This document shows positions 11,901 through 22,495 of a stretch of 64,000 bases of DNA, piece after piece. Made by a program: the position numbers and the translations under genes. Source of the stretch: Camelus ferus. Its lineage: Eukaryota. The stretch spans positions 3,226,001-3,290,000 of the forward strand of contig NC_045696.1 of the NCBI RefSeq assembly GCF_009834535.1, in the 5' to 3' direction. Within the stretch, counting starts at the first letter, position 1. The number at the start of each line of letters is the position of its first letter. A model generated the notes under the pieces. That model ran no database searches. It was not told where the DNA came from and was given only the letters and a program-made list of their open reading frames with translations.

Positions 11901-13579
11901 TCCTTCCTTCTCCATTCCGTCTCTCCCTTCCTTCCTTCTCTCTTTCATTTCCTTCTTTCCTTCCTACCTTCGTTCCTTTTTCTTCCTTTTTTTTAAGCAT
12001 CCCCCTTTCTTCCTTCCTTCCTTAAAGCGACCACAGACAACGCTGCAAGGCTCGGCCGTCTCTGTTTGCTTCTGCCCGAGCACGAGGGTTTCCCCGCTGT
12101 GAGCACCAGGCCCAGGCTCAGCGGGACCGCTGGGCTCTCAGTCTGTGCAGCTTCAGCTTCACTAGATGTCACCGCTTGTTCTCCAAAGTGTCGCACACTC
12201 TGTGTCTCCACGCCTGAGAGAAACGAGGCCTGAGAGGCCGGCGTGCCGGCCATCCGCCGTCCGGGCGCCGCCCAGACCCGCAGCCCCGGCCCTGCCTCGG
12301 CGGCCTCCGCCCGTCTCCACGGAGGGTCCCTGCGCCCCGGCCCCTCCCTGCGCCCCGCGCAGCAGGCTTCTCCCAGAGACCCCGCTCACTCGCTCGGCTC
12401 GGGGTGAGCGCGGCAGAGAGCGCCGTGGCCCCAGGCCTGAGCCAGCTCCCTTCCCAGAGGGGCCGCCAAGACTTGTTCACCAGGTCACCCAAGAAAAGTT
12501 AGTATCTCTCAGAGGCAGGCTCACCCCCTCAGAGCTTAACCCTGCAGTGAAGACAAAACCTGTCTCCTGTATTCATTCGTTTGTTCATTCGTTCATTCAT
12601 TCTTCAACAGACACTGATTGAATAAGACACTGTCATAGGTGCTGGGGGGGAGGGCAAGAGGCGAGGAGCAGAGCGTGTAAGCCGAAGGCGGTGAGCGGTG
12701 AGCGTGAGCCAGGCAGGCAGGGAGGTCCGGAGCAGGGGAGGGGCCCGGGGCGCGGGGGCGCAGGTGTCCTGTCAGTTCAGCATCAGGGAAGCCGCCAGGA
12801 GGATCTGGGAGCGCCAGCCCCCAGACGCAGGGGCCCCCCAGAGGGAAATCCCCTCTGCGTCATCAGTGTCACACTGGCCCTCCTCTACACAACCTCGCTT
12901 TGGAAAGGACTCCACTGCGAAAGGAAAAAAGCCAAAAAAAAGTAATTTAGACAAATAAGTAAAAATGCTCCGGCAATTCCTTGGAGTGGGAGGTTGAATA
13001 CCAGTGAGTTTTCAATGCCAGAGCCGCCTGGAACCGGCCCTCAGGACGGCGCCGTGCTTCCCGGTGAGGGGTCCAGTGGTGAGGGGTCCAGTGGTGCTTT
13101 GCTCACAAACAAATTTGCCAAGAAAAAGACTAACATAACACGAGTGGGGAAAAGCTGAGGTGGGAAGCACAGGCCCGCTTATTTCTCTGTTCATCCTGTC
13201 CAGGCACAGCTGTCCCTCCAGACATGGATTCTTAAAATCATGGAAGGCGGCTGCATGCCCACCCTACAGGGACCCGGCCAGGCCGGTGGGCGGCGCTGGC
13301 CCTTCTCCTTCCCTGAGTCACGCTGGGGGGGACCCGGGAGCCACTGCTGACACACTGTGCCTGTCCCGGTGTCTGCCATGATGAATCATTTTCGAATTAG
13401 TAAGCGATGTTGACTTTAGCAGGAGGGTCTCTGATACGCTCAGCTGCTGGACTCAGGAGACTCCCTCACCCGAGGTGACCATATGATATGGCATTTTTCT
13501 CTATCAGCCAACCTGTTGGTTTGGTTTGGCTGCATTTAGGAAACACCTTTTAACCACTTGGAGCTGAGGGTTGGGGGAC

Positions 13580-13640
13580 CCTCCTTAGGCAAACGGTATC
13601 TGACCCTCTTTAAGCAAACAGCCTGCGGTATAAGACCGAG
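13580..13640 (+). promoter_or_regulatory. TFF1: TFF1 proximal promoter: FOXA/HNF3 motif TAAGCAAACA (13611-13620) and TATA variant TATAAGA (13629-13635)
   Basis: ctccttaggcaaac...ctctttaagcaaacagcctgcggtataaga lies about 75 bp upstream of the ATG. Same layout as the TFF2 and TFF3 promoters in this window. Confidence 0.75.
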
Positions 13641-13707
13641 AGCCGGGACGCATCTCAGCCTTGACTCGTGGTCTCCTTCGGGGCAGAGGAGTGAGGTTGC
13701 GGCCAGC

Positions 13708-13783
13708 ATGGAGCCCAAGGTGATCTGCGTCCTGGTCATGGCCTTGGCGCTGGCGCTCGGCAGCCTGGCACAGAGCGAGGGCG
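13708..13783 (+). CDS. TFF1: Trefoil factor 1, coding exon 1 (signal peptide MEPKVICVLVMALALALGSLAQSEG)
   Basis: Kozak agcATGg, hydrophobic signal peptide resembling TFF1 orthologues, phase-1 donor G|gtaag at 13784. Confidence 0.95.
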
Positions 13784-14916
13784 GTAAGACAGCAGGTCCT
13801 GCCCCGGGGTGGGTGCGCCCGCGGCGTGCGTCTCTGTGCAGGACTCAGGGTGTCATTATCCGTATTTCTGAGCTGAGCGCTGTCTGTCCCAGGTGCTGTT
13901 CTAGGTCCTGGAAAGATTTTGGAGGGCAGAACAGGCGGACAGTAGCGGCGGGGTAGGGGCCTGTGGAAGCTTCGGGAAATGCTGTGAGAAAGAGGGGGGG
14001 AGCTGCCTGCAGCACTGAGCCTAGAGTATTGTGCTGCTCGGAAGTTCCACATTTCAGAGAGCCATCTTTGATGTTGGGACTAAGACTGGTTCTCCCGAAA
14101 GTCCAAGCCAAACCCTGCCCCAGGGGCTGGAACCCACTCAAAGTCCACACAGGCGTCCGAGGGCCTGCTCCGGGGCTGGGCGTCCCCTGGGAGCCCCTCT
14201 GGCAGGGTCTGTGGGCTCTCCTGGGCCTCCTGCCCCATGGCACCCAAACCACACGTCCTGTTGGTGTGTGTCCCATCGATGCCTGGTCCGTGGTGTCACC
14301 AACGGAGAGAATCAAGGCGGGAGGGCACCACGGCTTCCTTAGAGCTTGCTTGTGTCTCAGATTCTTTATCTGCAGAAATGAATCCGTCTTTCACCTTAGA
14401 GGGTTTGTCAGCAAAATCAAGTGTGATGCAGGCTTGAGAAAAGCAACCACGTGCTAACTAAAGGTTACCTACTGCTATTAGGCATACTTTAAAGAGAGGG
14501 GGTGGGAAAAGGGTTTTCCAAAGATTTCAGAATGAGAATTCCCGTAGAGGCTTGAAGAGAGGGGACAGGATGGTTCCCACACATCTCTGGGCACCTTCCA
14601 AGGACCTCATGACTCAGGAACAGAGGACGAGGCGTCTGGGGTGGGCAGGAAGGCCCCACAGCCTAAGGCAAGGAGAGGGGGTGAGCTTCAAAACCTGAAG
14701 GGCGCTATACGGCTCTGCTGTGGGGAAGAAGGAGGGTGGTCTGCTCCCGGCTGCCCCCAGCCAGTCTGCGTCGTCCCTGCCACCGCGGCCCCAGCTCTGC
14801 CCGCCACACTGTCCGGCCCCAGGAGTCTGTGCAGCCGGTCCTGCGGAGCCTGGCCCTGGGCCCCCTCACCACAGGCCAGGACGGCCCACTCACTGCGCCC
14901 TGACTGCCAGCAGCCC

Positions 14917-14950
14917 GCCTGTCCCCGCCTGTCCCCGCCTGTCCCCGCCC
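14917..14950. repeat. 10-bp tandem repeat (gcctgtcccc)x3 in TFF1 intron 1
   Basis: Directly visible. Confidence 0.8.
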
Positions 14951-15232
14951 TCAGGCTCAAGGCTCAACCCTTCTCTGCGGGTCTCACGGGGTCAGCGATC
15001 CTGTGACTACAGAAAACTAGAAAATTCTGTCCGATTACAAGAGTAGCCCTGGATGGAAATCATTTCCATTCAGTCCCGTCAAGCAACAGCAAGTAGGGGA
15101 CAAGACGGACTCCTGTGCTTGGAAATCTTCAGTTCCCATTAGGATACCAGCTGGGAGGGGGTCAGCTTGCCCAGCAAAGCTTAGCCCTTCGCCCGGGGGG
15201 GCTGCTGCATCTCGTCCTGCCCAGAGGGAGAG

Positions 15233-15748
15233 TGTTACCGGGTCCAAACCCGTTCTGCTCGCCCCACGACGGGCCAATAAATCGGGAGACGAGGTTTGGG
15301 GCAAGGAATACAACCTTATTCGGAAAGCTGGCGGAGAAGATGGGGGACTAATGTCCCAGAGAACCATCCTCCCCAGGTCAGAATTCAGGCTCCTTTTATA
15401 CTAAAAAGGGGAGGGGGTGTGGTTGGTTGTTGCAAACTCCTTGGTGTTGGAATCCTTGGTTCTTGCAGCTGTCCACGTGGGTCAGGTCACGATGTCCCTG
15501 TAAACCCTCAACGAGACAAATGTTATTCTCTGCTCTGCAACTTCTAATCTCTGTATAAATGGAAAAGTGTTATATCCTTAAAAGTCAGAGCCTTGAAACC
15601 AGGGCTCTCCTGTCTATTTCAGCCTCTAGTCAACATTCTTTTACAAAAGGTGCAGAACCAGCATTTCTAAGCCCAGGAAACAGCCCAGGGTTAGAGCCAA
15701 AGGAACAGATCTCATGTGGAGTCAGATTTGTTCTTCTTCCCTGTTACA
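15233..15748 (-). mobile_element. Solo ERV1-like LTR, copy B, antisense in TFF1 intron 1
   Basis: TGTTA...TTACA termini, flanks agag/aaag (imperfect 4-bp TSD). Reverse-complement homologue of 5461-5975. Confidence 0.8.
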
Positions 15749-17399
15749 AAAGGACACGAGAACTGTTGTCCAAGCTCTGCACACACCGCTCCCCCTGACC
15801 TGTGCCTCTTCCCTGCCCTGTGGGCTGAGTAATGGTCACTTCCGCTCTATGGTAGGGGGCCAGACCCCGGGAGGCTGATGGCCCCAAGAGGCCACCCCAC
15901 CAGTGAGAGATGGATCCAGATCTTTCTGCAAAGCCAGAGGACGCTTCCTTCAAAGAAAGCTGGAGGTGATCCTCAGATGTCAAGAAAAAACTCACGGAGA
16001 CCAGCTCATGATGCAGGCTCAGCTTTAGGACACTTAGCTGGACTCCACAAAGGACCAAGCGCGGGCGTCTTGCCCGCTCAGTCTAGAAGAGGCCCCGCGT
16101 CCACTGGGCTTTGGATGGACTGTCGTTTTCTGAGAGCACGAAGCTCCAGGTGGAGGCCAGCCCGTGACCACCTCTGCCCAAGTCCCCGTCCCGCTCCTTC
16201 TCTGGCTCTCCTCCCTCTTCTGTTCTGGCTCCTTCCCTCTCCATGCTCCCAAGACCTGGCTGCTCCACCCTCCTGCCAGGGACAGACTCTGTTCCAGTGC
16301 ATGGAGCACCTGCTCAGGCAGGCCTCTCCCTGGGGCCCGGCTGACGGCGTCCATTAGGAGCACCTCCGAGCCCTCTGGCAGGGCAGAGCCGCCACCCTCC
16401 ATGCCCCCCAGAGACAGAGAAAGGGTTCGAGACTCCTCTTTCTTACCTGCCTGGACCTGTCCTCCACCAGGCCCAGAGGCGTGCCTTCTCACAACCTAGA
16501 CTCCGGCCCGGGGCCACAGCCTCAGGGCTTGCGTCCGAGCACGTGGTTGCTGCCGGCGGGCCGTCTCTCCTGCATGTTCTCTGCTTTCGGGCGATGTCAC
16601 CCCTCTCCTGGTTTATGCTGTTGAGTGGCTCCCTTTGCTTTTGGGCTGAAATTGTCCACCCCAGTCCCCATACCACCCCCACCCCGACTCTCCATCTTAC
16701 TTGTACATGGACTTACACCTCCTGAACGCACCTTGCTGTCTCCTCACCACCTTTGAAAACGCTGCTCCATCTGCTTGGAACACCCATTGCCTCATCCTCA
16801 CCTGGTCAACCTCTTCCTACAGGAAGCCCTCCTTGCTTTGTTCAGCCTGTTGTCACTGGCCCTCCTGGGCTGGCCCGAGGCGGGTTGCACTGTGCTGTTT
16901 TGCATGTTTACATGGCTTCCTCCTCCATTAGATCATTTGCTTCCTAACAACGACTTCTCTATCTCTAATTTCTGGGTCCCCGTCACCCAGCACAGGGCCA
17001 GACATGGACTTGATCCCTGAGGGGAAGAGGAGGTAGATCCCTCTCCGTCTCTGCTGTGCTTGCTTCTGTTTCTAGCACACGCAGACTGTGCTCAACAGAT
17101 CATATTGATTGGGTGAATACAGGTTAATAACTGTTGAAATTAATGAGTAAGTGAATAAATTATCTAAGTAGGTACAAAGTTTGCAAATCCCGGGCACCTT
17201 GCACTTGCCCAGATTTTAAGGGTTTCCGCATCAGGAAACGAGGACAGCATCCCCTCTCGGACCTGGAGCCCACCGTCCACACCCACTGTGCCGCTGGTTG
17301 CTGCTTTAACTGGGGAAAGGAGGCCGACTGGAGGGTGGGTAATAACAGGGAGGACTCAGCCCACCACTCACCTTCGCCTCTTGGCCTGCGCACTTTCAG

Positions 17400-17552
17400 A
17401 GACATGTCAGGTGCACCCCAACAGCAGATCAAATTGTGGTTATTCCGGGATCACGGCGACGGATTGTGAAAAAAAAGGCTGCTGTTTTGACAACAAAGTC
17501 ATGGGAGTCCCCTGGTGCTTCTATCCCGAGCCCGTTGGTGACCCTACAGACG
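17400..17552 (+). CDS. TFF1: Trefoil factor 1, exon 2 (P-type trefoil domain ETCQVHPNSRSNCGYSGITATDCEKKGCCFDNKVMGVPWCFYPEPVGDPTD)
   Basis: Six-cysteine trefoil pattern with GCCFD and PWCF, acceptor tttcag|, donor G|gtaag, 153 nt, phase 1-1. Confidence 0.96.
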
Positions 17553-18013
17553 GTAAGGCCATGACGGCACTGTGAGTTCTGAAGACAGAGAACTAGAAAA
17601 CACCCACGTGGGACCCCGGGACCCTAATCCCAATCGCCAGCTGTGTTTTTACTCACAGTAATGGCCACGGGGTGACTGGGAAGAAATCTTTTTGCCCAAA
17701 TCAGTCTGAATCCAGGGCTGGGGGAGGGGAGGACAGGTCTGAAAGGCCGTCGGGTGAAGAACCGTATTTTTTCCTGGCTTCCCTTCCCATCTCTCACCAG
17801 AAAGCTGTGCAGAACCCTCCCTGGCATTGGTTTCCGGCCTGTTTGGGGTGGGGGTGGACAGAAAGCCCTTAAAACACGAAGACCATCCGTGTTTTCTCAT
17901 CCAAGAATTTTCCTGTTGATACTTCGAAGCAAATTTTCTGTAATTATTTAAAAGTGAAAGAGAATGCTCCCCCTCACTAACGCATCTCCCCGCCCCACGC
18001 CCCGCCCTTGCAG

Positions 18014-18024
18014 AGGAGTGCTAG
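18014..18024 (+). CDS. TFF1: Trefoil factor 1, exon 3 coding part (EEC-stop)
   Basis: Acceptor cccttgcag|AG GAG TGC TAG. Followed by a TFF1-like 3' UTR with ATTAAA at 18196-18201 and AATAAA at 18238-18243. Confidence 0.88.
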
Positions 18025-18195
18025 TGTCAGACACTTTCCCAGCGGGACCCGCGTCCGGAGCGGGCAGGGGCCTCTGCCCGCCTGGCACCAGGAGCTCAGC
18101 CCCATCGCTGGCCGGACGTTTTGGGGTCCTCTCTGCCTGAACTCACCGCCTGGATTTTCTGCTCTGATTTCCTCATCCTCAAAATTGGCCTAAAA

Positions 18196-18243
18196 ATTAA
18201 AAGAGATGAATGTTACTCTGTGCTTGCAGTTCTTTTAAATAAA
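18196..18243 (+). terminator. TFF1: TFF1 polyadenylation signals (ATTAAA; downstream AATAAA)
   Basis: aattaaaagagat resembles the recalled end of TFF1 mRNA, followed by GT-rich sequence. Confidence 0.7.
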
Positions 18244-21080
18244 AACATGGGAACGATTTTCCTTTCTTTGAAGGAGACACGCAATACCCCCCTCTCTGGT
18301 TTCTGGTCCCGGGTTACACATTAACTCAGACTGTCTCGGGCCGGGGAGAGTGACGTGTAACCGTGTTCGGTTGACTCGGGGGTTAGCGGCCATCAGTGTC
18401 GCGCCCAAGGCCATTAGATTGCAGTCTCAGAGAAGCAACTGAAGCACAGCCCTGTCAGAGCAGAAGACAGCACCGGACCCTGCCCACGCGCCTCCCATGG
18501 TCAGGTGATAAAGCTGCCTTGCAATGTCTTTATTTTCCTCAAACGGAACCTGGCTCGGGAGAGAAAACCTGTAGCAAAATGTAAAGTGTTACAATCAAAA
18601 CAGTTGCAGAGGACAGTATGAGTGATGGCTGGAGGAAACCCGCCACCCACCTGCTCCCTAGCACTGGAGCTCTGAACTGGAAAACAGAACAAAAGGGAGG
18701 GGTATGGAGGCCACTTGTCCCCTCATTACTGACAGACAAGGCAGAAGGGAGCCAGCTGGACCTGAGCAGCCGCCCCAGCCCCGCCCTGGGCAGTCAGCCT
18801 TGCTCCGGGGAGCTCAGCCCAGCCAGCCCGTCGCTCCAGACGCCCCCTCCCAGCTGCCCCCGCTCTGGGCACAACCAGCAGGCTGTTCGTTGAGCTCTCC
18901 TGCCCTCCACAGCCAGCTGGTTCCCAAGAAGAAGAAAAGAGGCCTTGCCCCTTGCATGACCAGTTTTTTCCAAATTTGCCAGTAGATTCATTACTCCCCC
19001 AACCCTTGGCCACCAGGTCCAGCAAGTACCGCCGCCCTGGGGGCCGGGAGACACATTGCCCGTGCGGACACACCAGGGTGGGGACCCCCGCACACACGCA
19101 CGGCTGCAGATGTGTGTGCAACGGCACACGTCCTGCCGTGCGTGTGCCTGGAGGTCACCGTGGCTTTCCCTCACCTGAGAATCTGCAGAGAAAGTTTTGC
19201 TTCTTTTTTTTTTTTTTAAATCCATAGCAAATCTGGTCTTTCTCACACTCTGGCTGCTGATGGGAGATAAAAATAAGCTCACTTTGTTTAGTCCAATCCC
19301 TTTTGAAATGCAGCGTGTGATTGTAACCTACACAGCCTCTGTAGGTAACGTCTTGAACTGTGGTCTCCCTTCCCCTCCCTCCCCCACCTTCCTGCCCCTC
19401 TTTATAGCTGGGGAAATGGAGGGGTGCCCAAGCACCCACGGCTGCGGACCGAGGGAGGCCTTGGGTCTATGGCATGTCCTTTGGGTTTTGCTGGCCTGTC
19501 CGAGGACCTTGGCCCAAGTGTTCTCGGGAGTCCAGCGGGTCCCGTCCCCCGTGCCTTCTTACACTGCCCAGTGTCAGAGAGGTGGGCCTTCCCCCGTGAC
19601 CTATCCCAGCAGGCCTATTTCCCAGTGCTGGCCATCCGTTCCTTCTCTTCTTCCTCACCTAACTTCCACTCTGTGAGGAGCGGAGGAAAATGCTCACTCC
19701 CCCAGCCTCTCTTTCAGTCAGAGGTGGGCCTCCGTTCTGGCCCACCAGGCAGATGACGGCACCTGCGTGAAGGTTCTGGGAAGAGGCTCTTACTTCTTGG
19801 TAGGAGAAGAGCTTCCTCTAGCAGCACTGGGCGACCTCTGCAGCCCGTCTGTGGATGTTGGGTGGTATGAGGGTGTGATGGGGAACCTCAGGCAGCCATT
19901 CTGCGATAATGAAGAAAAGCCTGAGAACAAGAGCCCTCACGTCCCCGAGCTGCTGATTTGACCCCAACACCATCCACCTCCAGATTTTATGTTAAGTAAA
20001 CCCCAAAGTCCTTATGGATTAATCCACTGCTGCTTGACAACCTCCTTTGTTTTCTCTGGATTCCTGCCCATTGAGGGAGTGAAAGGACAGAGGTCCAGTG
20101 GCTGCAACCCCCTCCCTTGCAGCACATAACACAGAAATCCTCAACCCATGACCATGATGGCTGGTCCACCTCCTCTGGTGTCCACCTGCATGGACGTGTG
20201 ATCTTATGGCTCCACCATCTGGGCCAGGGCCCTCAGGCTCACCAGCGTGGGAGAACACTGGGGCATCCTCGCCTCAGCAGCAGCACTGCCCAGCACCCCT
20301 TACAGGTGGGAAAGAGGTCCTCCCCGAGAATCACAAAACCCATATGAGTTCCGACAGTGGAGTGCAGCTGGGGGCGGGGGGAGGCGCCCAGGCAGCTTGT
20401 GGGAGGGACCTGGCAGACTGGATGCTGGTGGAAGATGGCCCGAAGGACTTGAGGAAACCAAATAGCTTCAGAAGTTAAGCCCAAGCCTGCACTGTCTGGC
20501 CTGGGTCTGCCCAGGACAGCCCCAGTGAATCCCAGTGCTGGCTGCGGCTGGGGGTCGGGGAGGTGCAGTAAAAGCTGAGACAGCACGTGTGGATGGGGTG
20601 GCTGGGGTACCACTCCCTTCTAGGGTGCAGGGCAAGATGGGAAGATGAGGGAGGATGGGGGTGGGGACAGAAGAGGGCAAGGCCCCAGGAGAGTGAGATG
20701 TCTCCAACATCACAACCCACCTGGGGCAGACCTGCACTTACGCCCCACTCCCCGTCGTGTCCCCCCATCATATCCCCCCCAACACGCACCATGCACCCGC
20801 CCCCGTCAGGCCCCAGGGAGGGAAGTTTGGGCTTCCCAGTAACCTGGACCACCTCCCCGCCCCACACCTTTCTGCAGCCAGGAATCCACGTGGCCAGGGA
20901 GGCAGGGACGAGGGAGTAGAACTGACGGCAGGTCTTAAGGAACAACAGACGCCTGCTCAGGACCAGCACAGAGTCCTTGAAGCATTGGGAAGTTGGTGGG
21001 AAAAAGGCAAGCTGTGAAGATAAAGTGCCTCAGTAAGAACAACGCTGCTGATAAGACTGTTTAGCAGTTTGGGGACCATG

Positions 21081-21112
21081 TCACACACACACACACACAC
21101 ACGTGCACACAC
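21081..21112. repeat. (CA)n microsatellite
   Basis: Directly visible. Confidence 0.9.
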
Positions 21113-21609
21113 AGCTCTTAAAGGGCCCAAGCCCCTCCCCTCCCCCAACCTTGGAAACCAGGCTGGGGGAGGCTGTTTGGGGGCAAACTCTCTCTTTTCT
21201 CTTCCCTAGGAACTGCTGGATTTCTGCCAGAAGAGGGAAGGCCACCCTTGTAACTTTTACATCTGCATATGCTGCTTGGTTGTGGAGAGTTGTGTGTCTG
21301 TGTGTGTAGAGGCCTTCTACTTCAGAACAAGGCAGAGGAGTGATGTGTCAGTTTAAAGTTGCCTTGGTTTTAACATACGTGAAGCCATGAGCATGTGAAT
21401 GAAAGATATTGCCAGTCATATCAGCAAACGAAGGGTGCTGTGACCATCAAGTCAGCGCGCGGAGGGAACTCAAGACGGGGAAGGACAGGACACGGGCCCT
21501 GGTTCTGAGGTGCACATCAAAGGAACGATTTCAGTGGGCCCAGACCTTTGCACCTCCCCACACACAGAAAAGCACTAAATTCCTTAACTTGAAATATCTG
21601 GTTTTATTT

Positions 21610-21808
21610 AATTAGCAGTCACATTTGATGTCCCAACTACCTGGTCTTTGTTGCAAAAACCCTATATATCCTGGCTCCTCCCCTGCCTCTTCGGAGGCGT
21701 CCCTCAGAGCGACTTGAGAGGCTGTGTCCTGGGCTCGAGTCCTCAGGACATCCACCGAATAAAGCGTAACTCTCAGCTTTTTGGTTGTGCATTTTATTTC
21801 AGTCGACA
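21610..21808 (+). mobile_element. 3' part of an ERV1 LTR (MER41-like); 5' boundary not resolved
   Basis: cctatatatcctggctcctccc (TATA), gaataaagc (polyA), ends ttttatttcagtcgaca. Confidence 0.6.
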
Positions 21809-22199
21809 AGGCTAGTCTGGCCTTTAGATACTGGCCAGGTGGTGGCCCCGGTGGCCTACATGTCCCACATGCTGCTCTTTCTCTCCAGTCTGGATACCAC
21901 TAACTCAGGAACATTCTAGAACTTCACATGCCCCTGAGGAGCCTCAGACAAAAGTTCAGGACATGTCTCATGGGGGGAAGTCAGGGGTTTTCTGGTGGAT
22001 AATTGGTGTGGGAGGAGCCACGGCTGTGGCCAGCCCTGCAGGGGACACGGAATAGGTAGGAGCGTGTGATGCAGGAGCTATGGGTGGGCTCAGCGCCCCA
22101 CGTGCCTGAGGAGCAGGGCCAGAGCAGGGCCAGGCTGGGTGGGTGTGCGGAGAGGGCCCGTGGAACAGGAGCAAGTGCTGGCCCTGAGGCGGGCCGGGC

Positions 22200-22495
22200 C
22201 ACGCCCCACCAGGGGCCCAGGCTCTCACAGTCTGGAGGCTGGACGTCCGAGATCCAGGCGTGGGCAGGGCTGCTTCCTCCTGAGGCCTCTCTCCTGGGCG
22301 TAGAGATGCCACCCCCTCCTGTGTCCTCGCACGGTCATCTCTGGGGTCTGTGTCCTCATCTCCTCCCTAAAGACTTCATTTTAGCTTAATTACCTTTTAA
22401 GGGATTTGATCTCCAAATGAGGTCACATTATGAGGTCCTGAGGGTTAAGACTTCAACATACGGACTTGGGGGAGACAGCTCAGCCCACGCCAGTT
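22200..22495 (-). mobile_element. MLT1 LTR remnant
   Basis: ctctcacagtctggaggctggacgtccgagatc...tctccaaatgaggtcacatt...agggttaagacttcaacata. Confidence 0.65.

Noticed and set aside
13063..13095. 15-bp direct repeat (gtgaggggtccagtg)x2
   Set aside because: Simple tandem micro-duplication with no spacers, so not CRISPR-like. No function evident.
17286..17320. CAAGCCFN in another frame just before TFF1 exon 2, superficially a second trefoil
   Set aside because: Wrong cysteine spacing, no upstream cysteines, no PWCF and no splice signals. Coincidental.
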